IMG/VR virus record: IMGVR_UViG_3300046675_000363
Length of the DNA stretch: 64,000 nucleotides
Reading direction: 5' to 3' (one strand)
From: an uncultured virus (IMG/VR IMGVR_UViG_3300046675_000363)
Taxonomy: Duplodnaviria > Heunggongvirae > Uroviricota > Caudoviricetes
Part shown: positions 54,130 to 62,187 of the stretch, piece by piece
Layout: each line of letters opens with the position of its first letter
How positions within the stretch are numbered: the stretch's first letter is position 1
Notes under the pieces: model-generated
Seen by the model: the letters and a program-made list of their open reading frames with translations, nothing else
What the model was told of the DNA's origin: nothing
The model's database searches: none
Made by a program: the position numbers and the translations under genes

Positions 54130-54540
54130 ATGACGGCTTCGCTCACAGACATCCTTTCCGCCGCCAAAAACATCGCCCAGGCGATCAATGACGCGGCGCG
54201 CGCTTATGTCGGCGTCCAGGGGTCGCAAATACAAGTGGCGATGGGCGCCAATTCGCAAGTTACGGTTGGGCCGGGGCGCATGGCCATGCTCAGTGTGATC
54301 ACTGCTGGTAGCACCGTCGGAACTATTCACGATTCCGCCACCATCACCAACGCTGCTCTCGCCAATCAGATTGCCGGCATTCCGATGACAGTCGGCATTT
54401 CTTTTGTCAATTTGCCGTTCAACAACGGCCTCGCCATCAAGCCAGGCACGGGCCAGGTGGTGGCGGTCAGCTATTCGACAGGCGCCGCCGCCGGGGATCA
54501 GACCGTTTCCTCTGAAGGCAGACGGGCGAAAGGACGCTGA
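54130..54540 (+). CDS. Virion protein
   Basis: ASLTDILSAAKN..; beta-rich C-terminus. Confidence 0.75.
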   Translation: MTASLTDILSAAKNIAQAINDAARAYVGVQGSQIQVAMGANSQVTVGPGRMAMLSVITAGSTVGTIHDSATITNAALANQIAGIPMTVGISFVNLPFNNGLAIKPGTGQVVAVSYSTGAAAGDQTVSSEGRRAKGR

Positions 54541-54541
54541 C

Positions 54542-55234
54542 ATGCCACTGATCAAATCAGGGTCTAAGGAGGCCGTCAGCCAGAACATCAAAACGGAGAT
54601 GGGCGCCGGCAAGCCGCAGAAGCAGGCGATTGCTATCGCCCTCGATGTCGCGCGGCGCGCGCGAGCGGAGGGCGGCGGCATGCCGACGCTCTCAAAACTA
54701 GGTTCGCCGCCTGATGTTCCAGAGACGGTTCACGCGCATCTGTCGGCCAAGGTCCACACCGGTCCGATCCACAGCGCGGTCGCAGGCCGCACCGACCACC
54801 TGCCCGTTCACGTTCCGAGCGGCAGCTATGTCATCCCTGCCGACATCGTGTCGGGCATGGGCGAAGGAAACACCAATGCCGGATTTAAGGTCATTAAACG
54901 AACTTTCGCGGGGCTTCCATATGGCCCCAAGTCCGACCAGCCCTATGGACATAAGGGAGGCCCTTATGGAAGCGGATCGGCTCCGTATAACCAGGCAGGC
55001 GGCCCGTATGGCGAACCGCTTGTTGGCGACAGACATGCGCGCGGTGGCAAAACTGGATCCGATGTGAAGGTCGTCGTGGCGGGCGGCGAGTACACCTTGA
55101 CGCCTGAAGAGGTGATGGCGGCGGGCGATGGCGATATCGATCGCGGCCACCGCGTCCTCGATGATTTCGTCAAACAGATGCGCGGCCACATCGTCAAGAC
55201 GATGTCGAAGCTGCCTGGACCGAAGCGAGACTAG
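54542..55234 (+). CDS. Protein with KQAIAIAL leader and duplicated G(E/S)Y(V/T) domain; candidate maturation protease
   Basis: MPL.K..S....NI.TEM.AGKPQKQAIAIAL; GRTDHLP..VPSGSYVIPADIV..G.G and VAGGEYTLTPEEV..G.G. Confidence 0.75.
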   Translation: MPLIKSGSKEAVSQNIKTEMGAGKPQKQAIAIALDVARRARAEGGGMPTLSKLGSPPDVPETVHAHLSAKVHTGPIHSAVAGRTDHLPVHVPSGSYVIPADIVSGMGEGNTNAGFKVIKRTFAGLPYGPKSDQPYGHKGGPYGSGSAPYNQAGGPYGEPLVGDRHARGGKTGSDVKVVVAGGEYTLTPEEVMAAGDGDIDRGHRVLDDFVKQMRGHIVKTMSKLPGPKRD

Positions 55235-55238
55235 GCAA

Positions 55239-55742
55239 ATGAGCGAGATACAAGTGAGATACGGCGTTCCAGCCGACGTGCATAATTTCATGGACCTGAC
55301 GGCCATGTGCGCGGAAGAGAACGGCCTGCTCGCGGTGAGCAGGAGGAAAGTGCTGGAGGAGGTATGGGCCAGCCTGAACTGGGACCACGGCGTGATCGGC
55401 GTGGTCGAGGGCGACAGCGGCATCCTGGAGGCCGGCATCCTGCTCCGCGTGGACACGACGCCCTACAGCGTCGAGGAAGTCCTGTGCGAGCGCGCGATCT
55501 ACGTGCGGCCAGAATTTCGTAAAGTGCAGCGCAGCCTCTATCAGGGCGGACGCGCCAGCTACCTATGCGAGTTCGCCAAGAACGCCGCCATGCGCCTCGA
55601 ATTACCCCTTCTAATCAGTATTTTGTCAACGCACCGCGCTGCTGGTAAGGTGAGACTTTACGAGCGGCATTTCGGAACGCCGGCGGGCGCCTATTGGCTT
55701 TGGAACGCGAAGACGGGCCATAAGCAAGAAGCTGCGGAGTAG
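55239..55742 (+). CDS. GNAT-fold acetyltransferase-like protein
   Basis: IYVRPEFRK motif A; position just before ejection proteins, as in other podoviruses. Confidence 0.7.
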   Translation: MSEIQVRYGVPADVHNFMDLTAMCAEENGLLAVSRRKVLEEVWASLNWDHGVIGVVEGDSGILEAGILLRVDTTPYSVEEVLCERAIYVRPEFRKVQRSLYQGGRASYLCEFAKNAAMRLELPLLISILSTHRAAGKVRLYERHFGTPAGAYWLWNAKTGHKQEAAE

Positions 55743-55747
55743 ACGTC

Positions 55748-58700
55748 ATGGGCGGCAAGACACAGCAGGCTTCCTCTCAGGTCACGATACCTCCGGAAGT
55801 TTTGGCGCGCTACAACGCGGTCAATGCGCAGGCGCAGCAGACTGCCGCCACGCCCTTCCAGCAATATTCGAGCGACCCGAACGCCTTCGTGGCGCCGCTG
55901 ACGGCTGCGCAAAACATGGGCCTCCAGCAGACTGCGAACTACGCCAACGCCGCCCAGCCGGGCATCAATAGCGCGATGGACATGACGCAAGGAGCGATGG
56001 GATCGGCCAATCCGTGGGAACTGACTGGCGACAAAATCCAGCAATACATGAACCCCTACACCCAGAACGTCACTGGCCAGATGACAAATCTGATGAACCA
56101 GCAGTTCGGGGCGCAGCAGTCGGGCCAGACTGGCAATGCGATCAAGAGCGGCGCTTTTGGCGGCGATCGCGCTGGCGTTGCGGCGGCGAATCTTTCCGGG
56201 CAGCAATCGCTGGCTTATGGCAACGCTATGGCGCCGGTGCTCCAGCAGGGCTACAACACGGCGCTCCAGACCGCCACCGGCCAGCAGGCGATCGATCTGC
56301 AGGCCCAGCAGGCCAACCTGGCGCGGCAAATGCAGGGCGCAAACCAGTACGGCCAGTTGGCCGGCATGGGTCAGCAATATGGCCTCGCCGGCGCGCAGGC
56401 TTTGATGGGCGCGGGCCAGGTCCAGCAGCAGACCCAGCAGGCCGGTCAAACGGCGCTCTACAACCAATTCCAGCAGCAGCAATCCTATCCGTTCCAGGTT
56501 GGACAGTATCTCGCCAATATCGCGGAAGGCACCGGTTCGCTGTCGGGCCAGACGTCGAACACCACGCAGCAAGCGCCGTTCTTCTCCGATCGCAAATTGA
56601 AGGAAAACATCAAGCGAATTGGCACCGCCAAGAACGGCCTGCCGATCCACAGCTTCAATTACAAGGACGATCCCGAAAAGCTGTCTCGCCTCGGCTTCAT
56701 GGCTGACGAGGTCGAGAAGAAGCATCCGGAGGCGGTGGGCCTCGCCGGCGGCTACAAGACCGTCGACCACGAGCAGGCGATGAAGAGCGCCGGCGGCAGC
56801 GTCACTGACTTCGACCAGGGACGAGCCTACGATCGCGGCGGATACGACCTCGGCGGCGCTCCCAGCACCTATGATCCATCCTGGCAGTCTGTCACCCAGC
56901 GGCACATGGCGGGGCTGCAGGGCCAGCCGCAGCAGGGCAGCAGCCTGTACGGCGGCAAGCGGCGCCACGTTCCGGAAGGATCGGGGGGTCGCTACAGCCT
57001 GCCGAATGCGCCGACCATGCCGGGGGCAAGGCCGTCAGGCTTGAGCCAGGCTGTTGGAACAGCGCAGGCGACTGTGGGCCTCGGCCAGTCGCTTGGTGAC
57101 GCCTATGACAAATACACCGGCAAGGACAAGACTGCCGCGCCCGCCGCGCCCGCCGCGCCTGCCGCGCCTGTAGTGGCGGCGAAAGCGCCCGGTACGCCTG
57201 GCACACCCGATCAGCCCGACATCATGAATTTGAGCCGTGGCGGTCTGGCTGGAGGCGGCGAGCCGCCCATGCCGGCTATCGCCGCCGCCTCGATGGCTGG
57301 AAGGCCGGCGGAAGGCGTACCCGACGTCACCAAAACAACGACTGCTTATGACGAGGGCCTCGCGAAAGCGCAGGATGCGCAAGTTCGCGCAAATGCGCTT
57401 CAAGACGCGGATCGCGCGCAGGCGTCAGCGGCTGGCATGTCGTTCAGGCCTGATTGGGATAACCCGATGCTGGCGCAGAGCGATCTGGCCCGCTCGATGG
57501 GCGTGTACAAGACGCTGAACGGCTACAATGATCCGACGCATGGCGGATCCTACCTTGGTTTCGATCGCGGCGGCTACGCGACAGACGGCGGCGTGAACAG
57601 CAGCGCGGATGTGCTCAAGACCCCCGATCCGAACGCCACGCAAGACACGACCCAGATGAATATTCCGGACAAGGAGTCGCATTTCAAATTGCCCGACCCG
57701 CCCAAGCCGCCAGGCGGCGCTGGAAAGAGCGGAGCGGGCCAGGCTTTGGGTGCCGCCAAGTCGCTTATGGGCCTCGCTTCGCTCATTCCCGGCGTCGGCG
57801 CTGTCACCGGCCCGCTCGGCGCCGTAATGGGCGCAGGCGAGGCGCTGGCCGGCGCTGCCGGCGGCATGATGGTTGCGGGCGGTCGCCGCCGCAGGGGCAA
57901 GCGCAAGGGCCTGTCTGTCGGCGGTCAGGGCGAAGGCGTCGATTTCATGAGCAAGACGCGGCAGGTTGATCCTGAAATAGCGGACATTGCGGACTCGTGG
58001 AGCAGCCCTCATGACGATACTGGCAATCAGGGCGCTGGCTCCGATAACATGAGCGAATATGAGCAGGGGCGTAGGTCTGAGCATCAGGGTTCCGTCAATA
58101 ACGAAACGGCGCCGCTGACCACGAGCGCGAACACTGGTCTTGCTGGTCAGGGCGTGGATTACATGAGCCAAGAGCGGCAGGGGCGCGAGCCGGAACTCAG
58201 AAGCTCCGTCCACCCTGCCATGTCGGCGTCGAATGCAACGCCTGAAGAACAAAATGCGTATCTTATGCAGCATGTCCCGCGTGAGCGTTTGCATGAAGTG
58301 ATGACGCCTGCTGCCTTGGCAAAAGCGTATCCGCCCACGGAAGCGCCCGCGCGCGGAGAGCTATCTCCGACATGGAAACCCGCCGATGTGGTGATCCCCA
58401 CTCCTGGCGGCGGCGAATCTCCGCTGGCAACCGATCTGGGCGGCACGTCGCGCCCGCTTCAGCATGGGGCCGAGCCGATTGCTGACGTCGATGCCGGCGG
58501 CGCTCCTACGGTGGGCCTCGCCGCTGGCGAGCGCGGATCTGGTTTTGCCGAGAAGCCTAACCTTGGAAGCGCGGAATTTCCCACTGCGGCGTTTCCCAAC
58601 GCCACCGCAACGCCTGAAGAAGCCGCCGCTGCGCTCAGAGAAGCCACCTCGCCTGAAGGACGGGCGCACACGCAAGCAGTGCTGGCGAAGAGGGTTGCCG

Positions 58701-60580
58701 ATCTTCAGGCGACCAGGGAAGCGCGCGAAAACGAAGAATACGGAAATAAGTCGCTGCTGCGGAAGGTGGGCGAAGCTACTGGCATGATAGCGCCCACCCG
58801 TGGCCTGGTGCCTGACGCGGAAAAGGAGGCGGCTGCTCATCTCAACGCCCCCGTCTCTCCTCTGGACAATGATCCGGAGACGCGCGTTGCCGGCCCGAAC
58901 ACCACGATCATTCCGTCGAACACCAACGATAAGGTCGCTGCACCCGCGCCTGGCTTGGGGGCTGCTGAAACTCCTACTGCAGTTAAGACTGCCACTGAGG
59001 CTCCCGACTCCTTTACGCCAAAAGTCACTCCAGGCGTCGGCGCTGGCGCCTTCCCGATGACGGTCAGCCCGACCGGCGTCACTGCCCCTGCTGCCGCCGC
59101 GCCCGCTCGCGAACCGGATTTGCAATACCTGGCGGAACACAAGCAGTTCCCGCTGTCGCCAGCGCCGATCGGCGGCGATGTTCGCGCTCCCGCTGCGGCC
59201 CCCGCCCCCGCTCCCGCAAGGGTTGCGCCTCGTGGCGGCGTTGCGCCGACTGCTCCTGCTGGCGGGGCGGCCAGAGCGCCGACGCCTCCGAACGACGCCA
59301 ACGGCAATCCCATCGAACAGTTCTTTGGCGGCATCGCTCGCGGCGTGGACGGCGCGCTCCACAATGTTGCCGATTTCTTCACGGGCGGCGCCCGCAATGT
59401 CGGCAACACCATCAACAGCGCGGGCCAGGTGGTCAACAGGGCGGGCCAGGCTATCGGCCAGACCGTCAACAGCGCGGGCCAGGCTATCGGCAATGAAGTC
59501 CACGGGCGCTTCAACGAATTGATGAATGGCTCGCCAAAGATGATGTCGCCTGGCGGTAATTTTCACGCCCAAGGCGTCGATCCGCGCCTGGTCAGCAACC
59601 TCACGGAAGCCACAAGGGGTCTGCCGCAAGGCTGGCATGCGCAGTTCGAATCGGGTTTCCGCCAAGGCGATAAGCGCCAGCATGGCAGGGGCAACGCGGT
59701 TGATGTCGCGCTCTATAATGAGAAGGGCGAGAGGCTCGCCAACTATCAAGACCCGACCACCTTCCGCGCCTATGAGAAATTTGCGCAAGATTTCAGGGCG
59801 GCGCAGCAGCACAACAACCCCGAACTGAACAGCGCCACGCGCTGGGGCGGTTATTTCAGCGGCAAGACGGAAGCGCAAGGTGGGCCATATGGCGCGGTCG
59901 ATCTGATGCACTTCGACCTCGGCGGGCGGCAGGGCCTCGGCATGCTCGGCGGCTCCTGGGAAGGCGGCATGACGGCGAAACAGCATGCGCTGTTCCCCGG
60001 CGCTACGTCTGTCGGCATGGGCCAGCGCCCGCCTGAAGGCTATTCGACGGCAGTGTCCACTGACAGCACTGGCGCCAGAACCGATGCGACAGGGCGCGTT
60101 TCGCCAGGCTATAGCAATGGCGTTCAGGGCATCCTCTCGCAGGAGGAAGCTTTTCGTGGGCAGGCGTATTTTGACAAGAACGCCAGCGGCAGCGGGGGCC
60201 ACTGGGCTGTCGGCTACGGCTCCCATAAGATGCGAGATCCGAACACTGGCGAAATGCGCGAAGTTCGGCAGGGCGACACCATCACGCCACAGGGCGCCCA
60301 GCAGGATATGACGCATCGCATGCAAAACGAGTACCTTCCGGCGGCGGTGAGAAAAGCCGGCGGGGTGGATGTCTGGCGCGCCCTGCCGCGCAATGTCCGC
60401 GACGGCCTCGGCTCGACCATCTGGAACTATGGCCACCTGCCCGATCCGGTCGCCGCTGCTATCAGACACGGCGGTGGCCCCAACGAGATTGCAAATGCAG
60501 TTGCGGGACTTGGCGGCAAGACGCCAGCGGCTCGCGCTCGCCGCGCTCGTGAAGCCGCGCATATTCGTGGTGGAGGTTGA
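55748..60580 (+). CDS. Ejection/DNA-transfer polyprotein with S74-like, M15 peptidase-like and GH24 lysozyme-like domains
   Basis: Gln-rich YMNPY..GAFGGDR N-terminus; SDRKLKENI..GFMADEVE; SGFR..QHGRGNAVDV..RWGG..MHFD; EEAFRGQAYFD..VGYG..WNYG..RRAREA. Confidence 0.85.
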   Translation: MGGKTQQASSQVTIPPEVLARYNAVNAQAQQTAATPFQQYSSDPNAFVAPLTAAQNMGLQQTANYANAAQPGINSAMDMTQGAMGSANPWELTGDKIQQYMNPYTQNVTGQMTNLMNQQFGAQQSGQTGNAIKSGAFGGDRAGVAAANLSGQQSLAYGNAMAPVLQQGYNTALQTATGQQAIDLQAQQANLARQMQGANQYGQLAGMGQQYGLAGAQALMGAGQVQQQTQQAGQTALYNQFQQQQSYPFQVGQYLANIAEGTGSLSGQTSNTTQQAPFFSDRKLKENIKRIGTAKNGLPIHSFNYKDDPEKLSRLGFMADEVEKKHPEAVGLAGGYKTVDHEQAMKSAGGSVTDFDQGRAYDRGGYDLGGAPSTYDPSWQSVTQRHMAGLQGQPQQGSSLYGGKRRHVPEGSGGRYSLPNAPTMPGARPSGLSQAVGTAQATVGLGQSLGDAYDKYTGKDKTAAPAAPAAPAAPVVAAKAPGTPGTPDQPDIMNLSRGGLAGGGEPPMPAIAAASMAGRPAEGVPDVTKTTTAYDEGLAKAQDAQVRANALQDADRAQASAAGMSFRPDWDNPMLAQSDLARSMGVYKTLNGYNDPTHGGSYLGFDRGGYATDGGVNSSADVLKTPDPNATQDTTQMNIPDKESHFKLPDPPKPPGGAGKSGAGQALGAAKSLMGLASLIPGVGAVTGPLGAVMGAGEALAGAAGGMMVAGGRRRRGKRKGLSVGGQGEGVDFMSKTRQVDPEIADIADSWSSPHDDTGNQGAGSDNMSEYEQGRRSEHQGSVNNETAPLTTSANTGLAGQGVDYMSQERQGREPELRSSVHPAMSASNATPEEQNAYLMQHVPRERLHEVMTPAALAKAYPPTEAPARGELSPTWKPADVVIPTPGGGESPLATDLGGTSRPLQHGAEPIADVDAGGAPTVGLAAGERGSGFAEKPNLGSAEFPTAAFPNATATPEEAAAALREATSPEGRAHTQAVLAKRVADLQATREARENEEYGNKSLLRKVGEATGMIAPTRGLVPDAEKEAAAHLNAPVSPLDNDPETRVAGPNTTIIPSNTNDKVAAPAPGLGAAETPTAVKTATEAPDSFTPKVTPGVGAGAFPMTVSPTGVTAPAAAAPAREPDLQYLAEHKQFPLSPAPIGGDVRAPAAAPAPAPARVAPRGGVAPTAPAGGAARAPTPPNDANGNPIEQFFGGIARGVDGALHNVADFFTGGARNVGNTINSAGQVVNRAGQAIGQTVNSAGQAIGNEVHGRFNELMNGSPKMMSPGGNFHAQGVDPRLVSNLTEATRGLPQGWHAQFESGFRQGDKRQHGRGNAVDVALYNEKGERLANYQDPTTFRAYEKFAQDFRAAQQHNNPELNSATRWGGYFSGKTEAQGGPYGAVDLMHFDLGGRQGLGMLGGSWEGGMTAKQHALFPGATSVGMGQRPPEGYSTAVSTDSTGARTDATGRVSPGYSNGVQGILSQEEAFRGQAYFDKNASGSGGHWAVGYGSHKMRDPNTGEMREVRQGDTITPQGAQQDMTHRMQNEYLPAAVRKAGGVDVWRALPRNVRDGLGSTIWNYGHLPDPVAAAIRHGGGPNEIANAVAGLGGKTPAARARRAREAAHIRGGG

Positions 60581-60582
60581 CA

Positions 60583-62184
60583 ATGGCTGACCCAGCATCT
60601 GACGACATCATGATGCCCACCGACACCGCGCCTGTGGCTGGAGCGCCAGGTAAGGTTGACGCGGATCCCGTGGTCGCCAAAGCCTTGCCTGTGGCCAGGG
60701 ATGCGACGCCGCCCCTGCTCGCGCGCAAGCCCGCTGCAGAAGATCCATCAGACAAAAAAGGCGGCGACTGGTTCGGGCAGAACCGAAGCTGGCTAATCCC
60801 GCTGTTGAGCGGTGTCGGCGGCATGGCGTCTTCAAACAGCCCATACCTCGGCACCGCTCTATTGCAGGGCCTCGGACAGGGCGCGCAGGCTTACGCCGGC
60901 GAGCAGAGAAGCGAAGCTGAACTGGCGGGCAAGCAGTCTGAGACGCGGCGCAATGACATTGGCGCAACGACAGAGGCCGCCGCTCTCAAGGAACGCGGCA
61001 TCTACACGAAGGACGGCCTCCGGATGGTCAATCCAGTGGATGGCCCTCCGATGACGTTTGCTGCGTGGCTTCAACTGGAGAAGCAGGGCCGCGCGCCGAA
61101 ACTTATTGGCGAAGACGAGGTGCGTGGTTCGGCTGAGTATTCGGGTCACACGAACCAGCCCGTAACCATGACGGGCGGCACAAGCGGTCCTGCCGGCGGT
61201 CCAGGCGCAACAGGGACGGCCCCAGTGGCGGGCGCAGGCGCAACAGACGCGGCCCCGGTAGCGGGCGCAGGCGCAACAGACGCGGCCCCGGTAGCGGGTG
61301 GCGCTCCTGCAGGCCATTCTCATTTCATGCCCGAAGCCAAGCCGCTTCCTCCAAAGACTGATGTGGAGGCATCAACGGGCGTTGGCGGCGCGGGCGAGTC
61401 GATCATGAATGAAGCGCATGATCGCTACTTTATAAATCAAAACGCCTATGCTGCAGCCCAGAAAATATCGGCTCCGCTAGAAGCCAAGATTGCGGGCGAT
61501 GCGGAAGACGCCAGGTCGCAGCGCCCTGCCATGAACACTCTGGCCGACAAGCTTCTTCAGATACCCAAAGACAGCCTTTTGAAAGCCGACACTCTAGCTC
61601 CGCTCACGCATAACATTGGCAACTATTGGAATGCGGCGCTGGGCCGCGCTGCGGCGATGTTCCCTGACAAAAAAGAGGAAATAGCCAAGTTAATGCTAAA
61701 CGAAGGGGATCTTGAGAAAGGCGTGGCCGCTGACAAATACACGGCGGCGATGCAATTCATGATGGCTGGTGGCGCGGGGCAGAAGGCTCTCGGCGCCCTT
61801 GGGGAAGCTTCAAGAGCCATTCCAGGCAAGCACATGACCAAAGAGGCTGCGATTTCGGTTTTTCAGGGACTTTATAAAGACCAGCAGCGAGCGATCGATC
61901 GCGATGCCTATCTCAACGATTGGAAGATCAAGGCGAACTCAGGCGACAAGCAAGGAGTGGGGCTTTACGCCGCGCAAGACGCCATGCGCGCTTTTGAGAA
62001 GGAGCATGGCGATCGCTACGGGCGCGAGGGCAATTTGTTTGAAGACATCATGAAGATCCAGCATGACAAGACCCATCGTCACCTCTTCTCCGACATCCAG
62101 AGCGGTGCAATTTCACCGGATGACATAGAGAAACGGAAGGAGTGGAGGCATATGTCCCGCTGGTTCAGAAATTATGGAGGGTGA
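60583..62184 (+). CDS. Ejection protein 2 (putative)
   Basis: GGAGG RBS; L..MASSNSPYLGTAL.QGL motif; helical; APVAGAGATDA tandem repeat. Confidence 0.75.
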   Translation: MADPASDDIMMPTDTAPVAGAPGKVDADPVVAKALPVARDATPPLLARKPAAEDPSDKKGGDWFGQNRSWLIPLLSGVGGMASSNSPYLGTALLQGLGQGAQAYAGEQRSEAELAGKQSETRRNDIGATTEAAALKERGIYTKDGLRMVNPVDGPPMTFAAWLQLEKQGRAPKLIGEDEVRGSAEYSGHTNQPVTMTGGTSGPAGGPGATGTAPVAGAGATDAAPVAGAGATDAAPVAGGAPAGHSHFMPEAKPLPPKTDVEASTGVGGAGESIMNEAHDRYFINQNAYAAAQKISAPLEAKIAGDAEDARSQRPAMNTLADKLLQIPKDSLLKADTLAPLTHNIGNYWNAALGRAAAMFPDKKEEIAKLMLNEGDLEKGVAADKYTAAMQFMMAGGAGQKALGALGEASRAIPGKHMTKEAAISVFQGLYKDQQRAIDRDAYLNDWKIKANSGDKQGVGLYAAQDAMRAFEKEHGDRYGREGNLFEDIMKIQHDKTHRHLFSDIQSGAISPDDIEKRKEWRHMSRWFRNYGG

Positions 62185-62187
62185 GCC

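Noticed and set aside
58361..60598. Long minus-strand ORFs (also 30438-31787, 46872-48086, 55691-56968, 1764-2810)
   Set aside because: Antisense shadows of GC-rich genes with recognisable plus-strand products; no RBS or motifs
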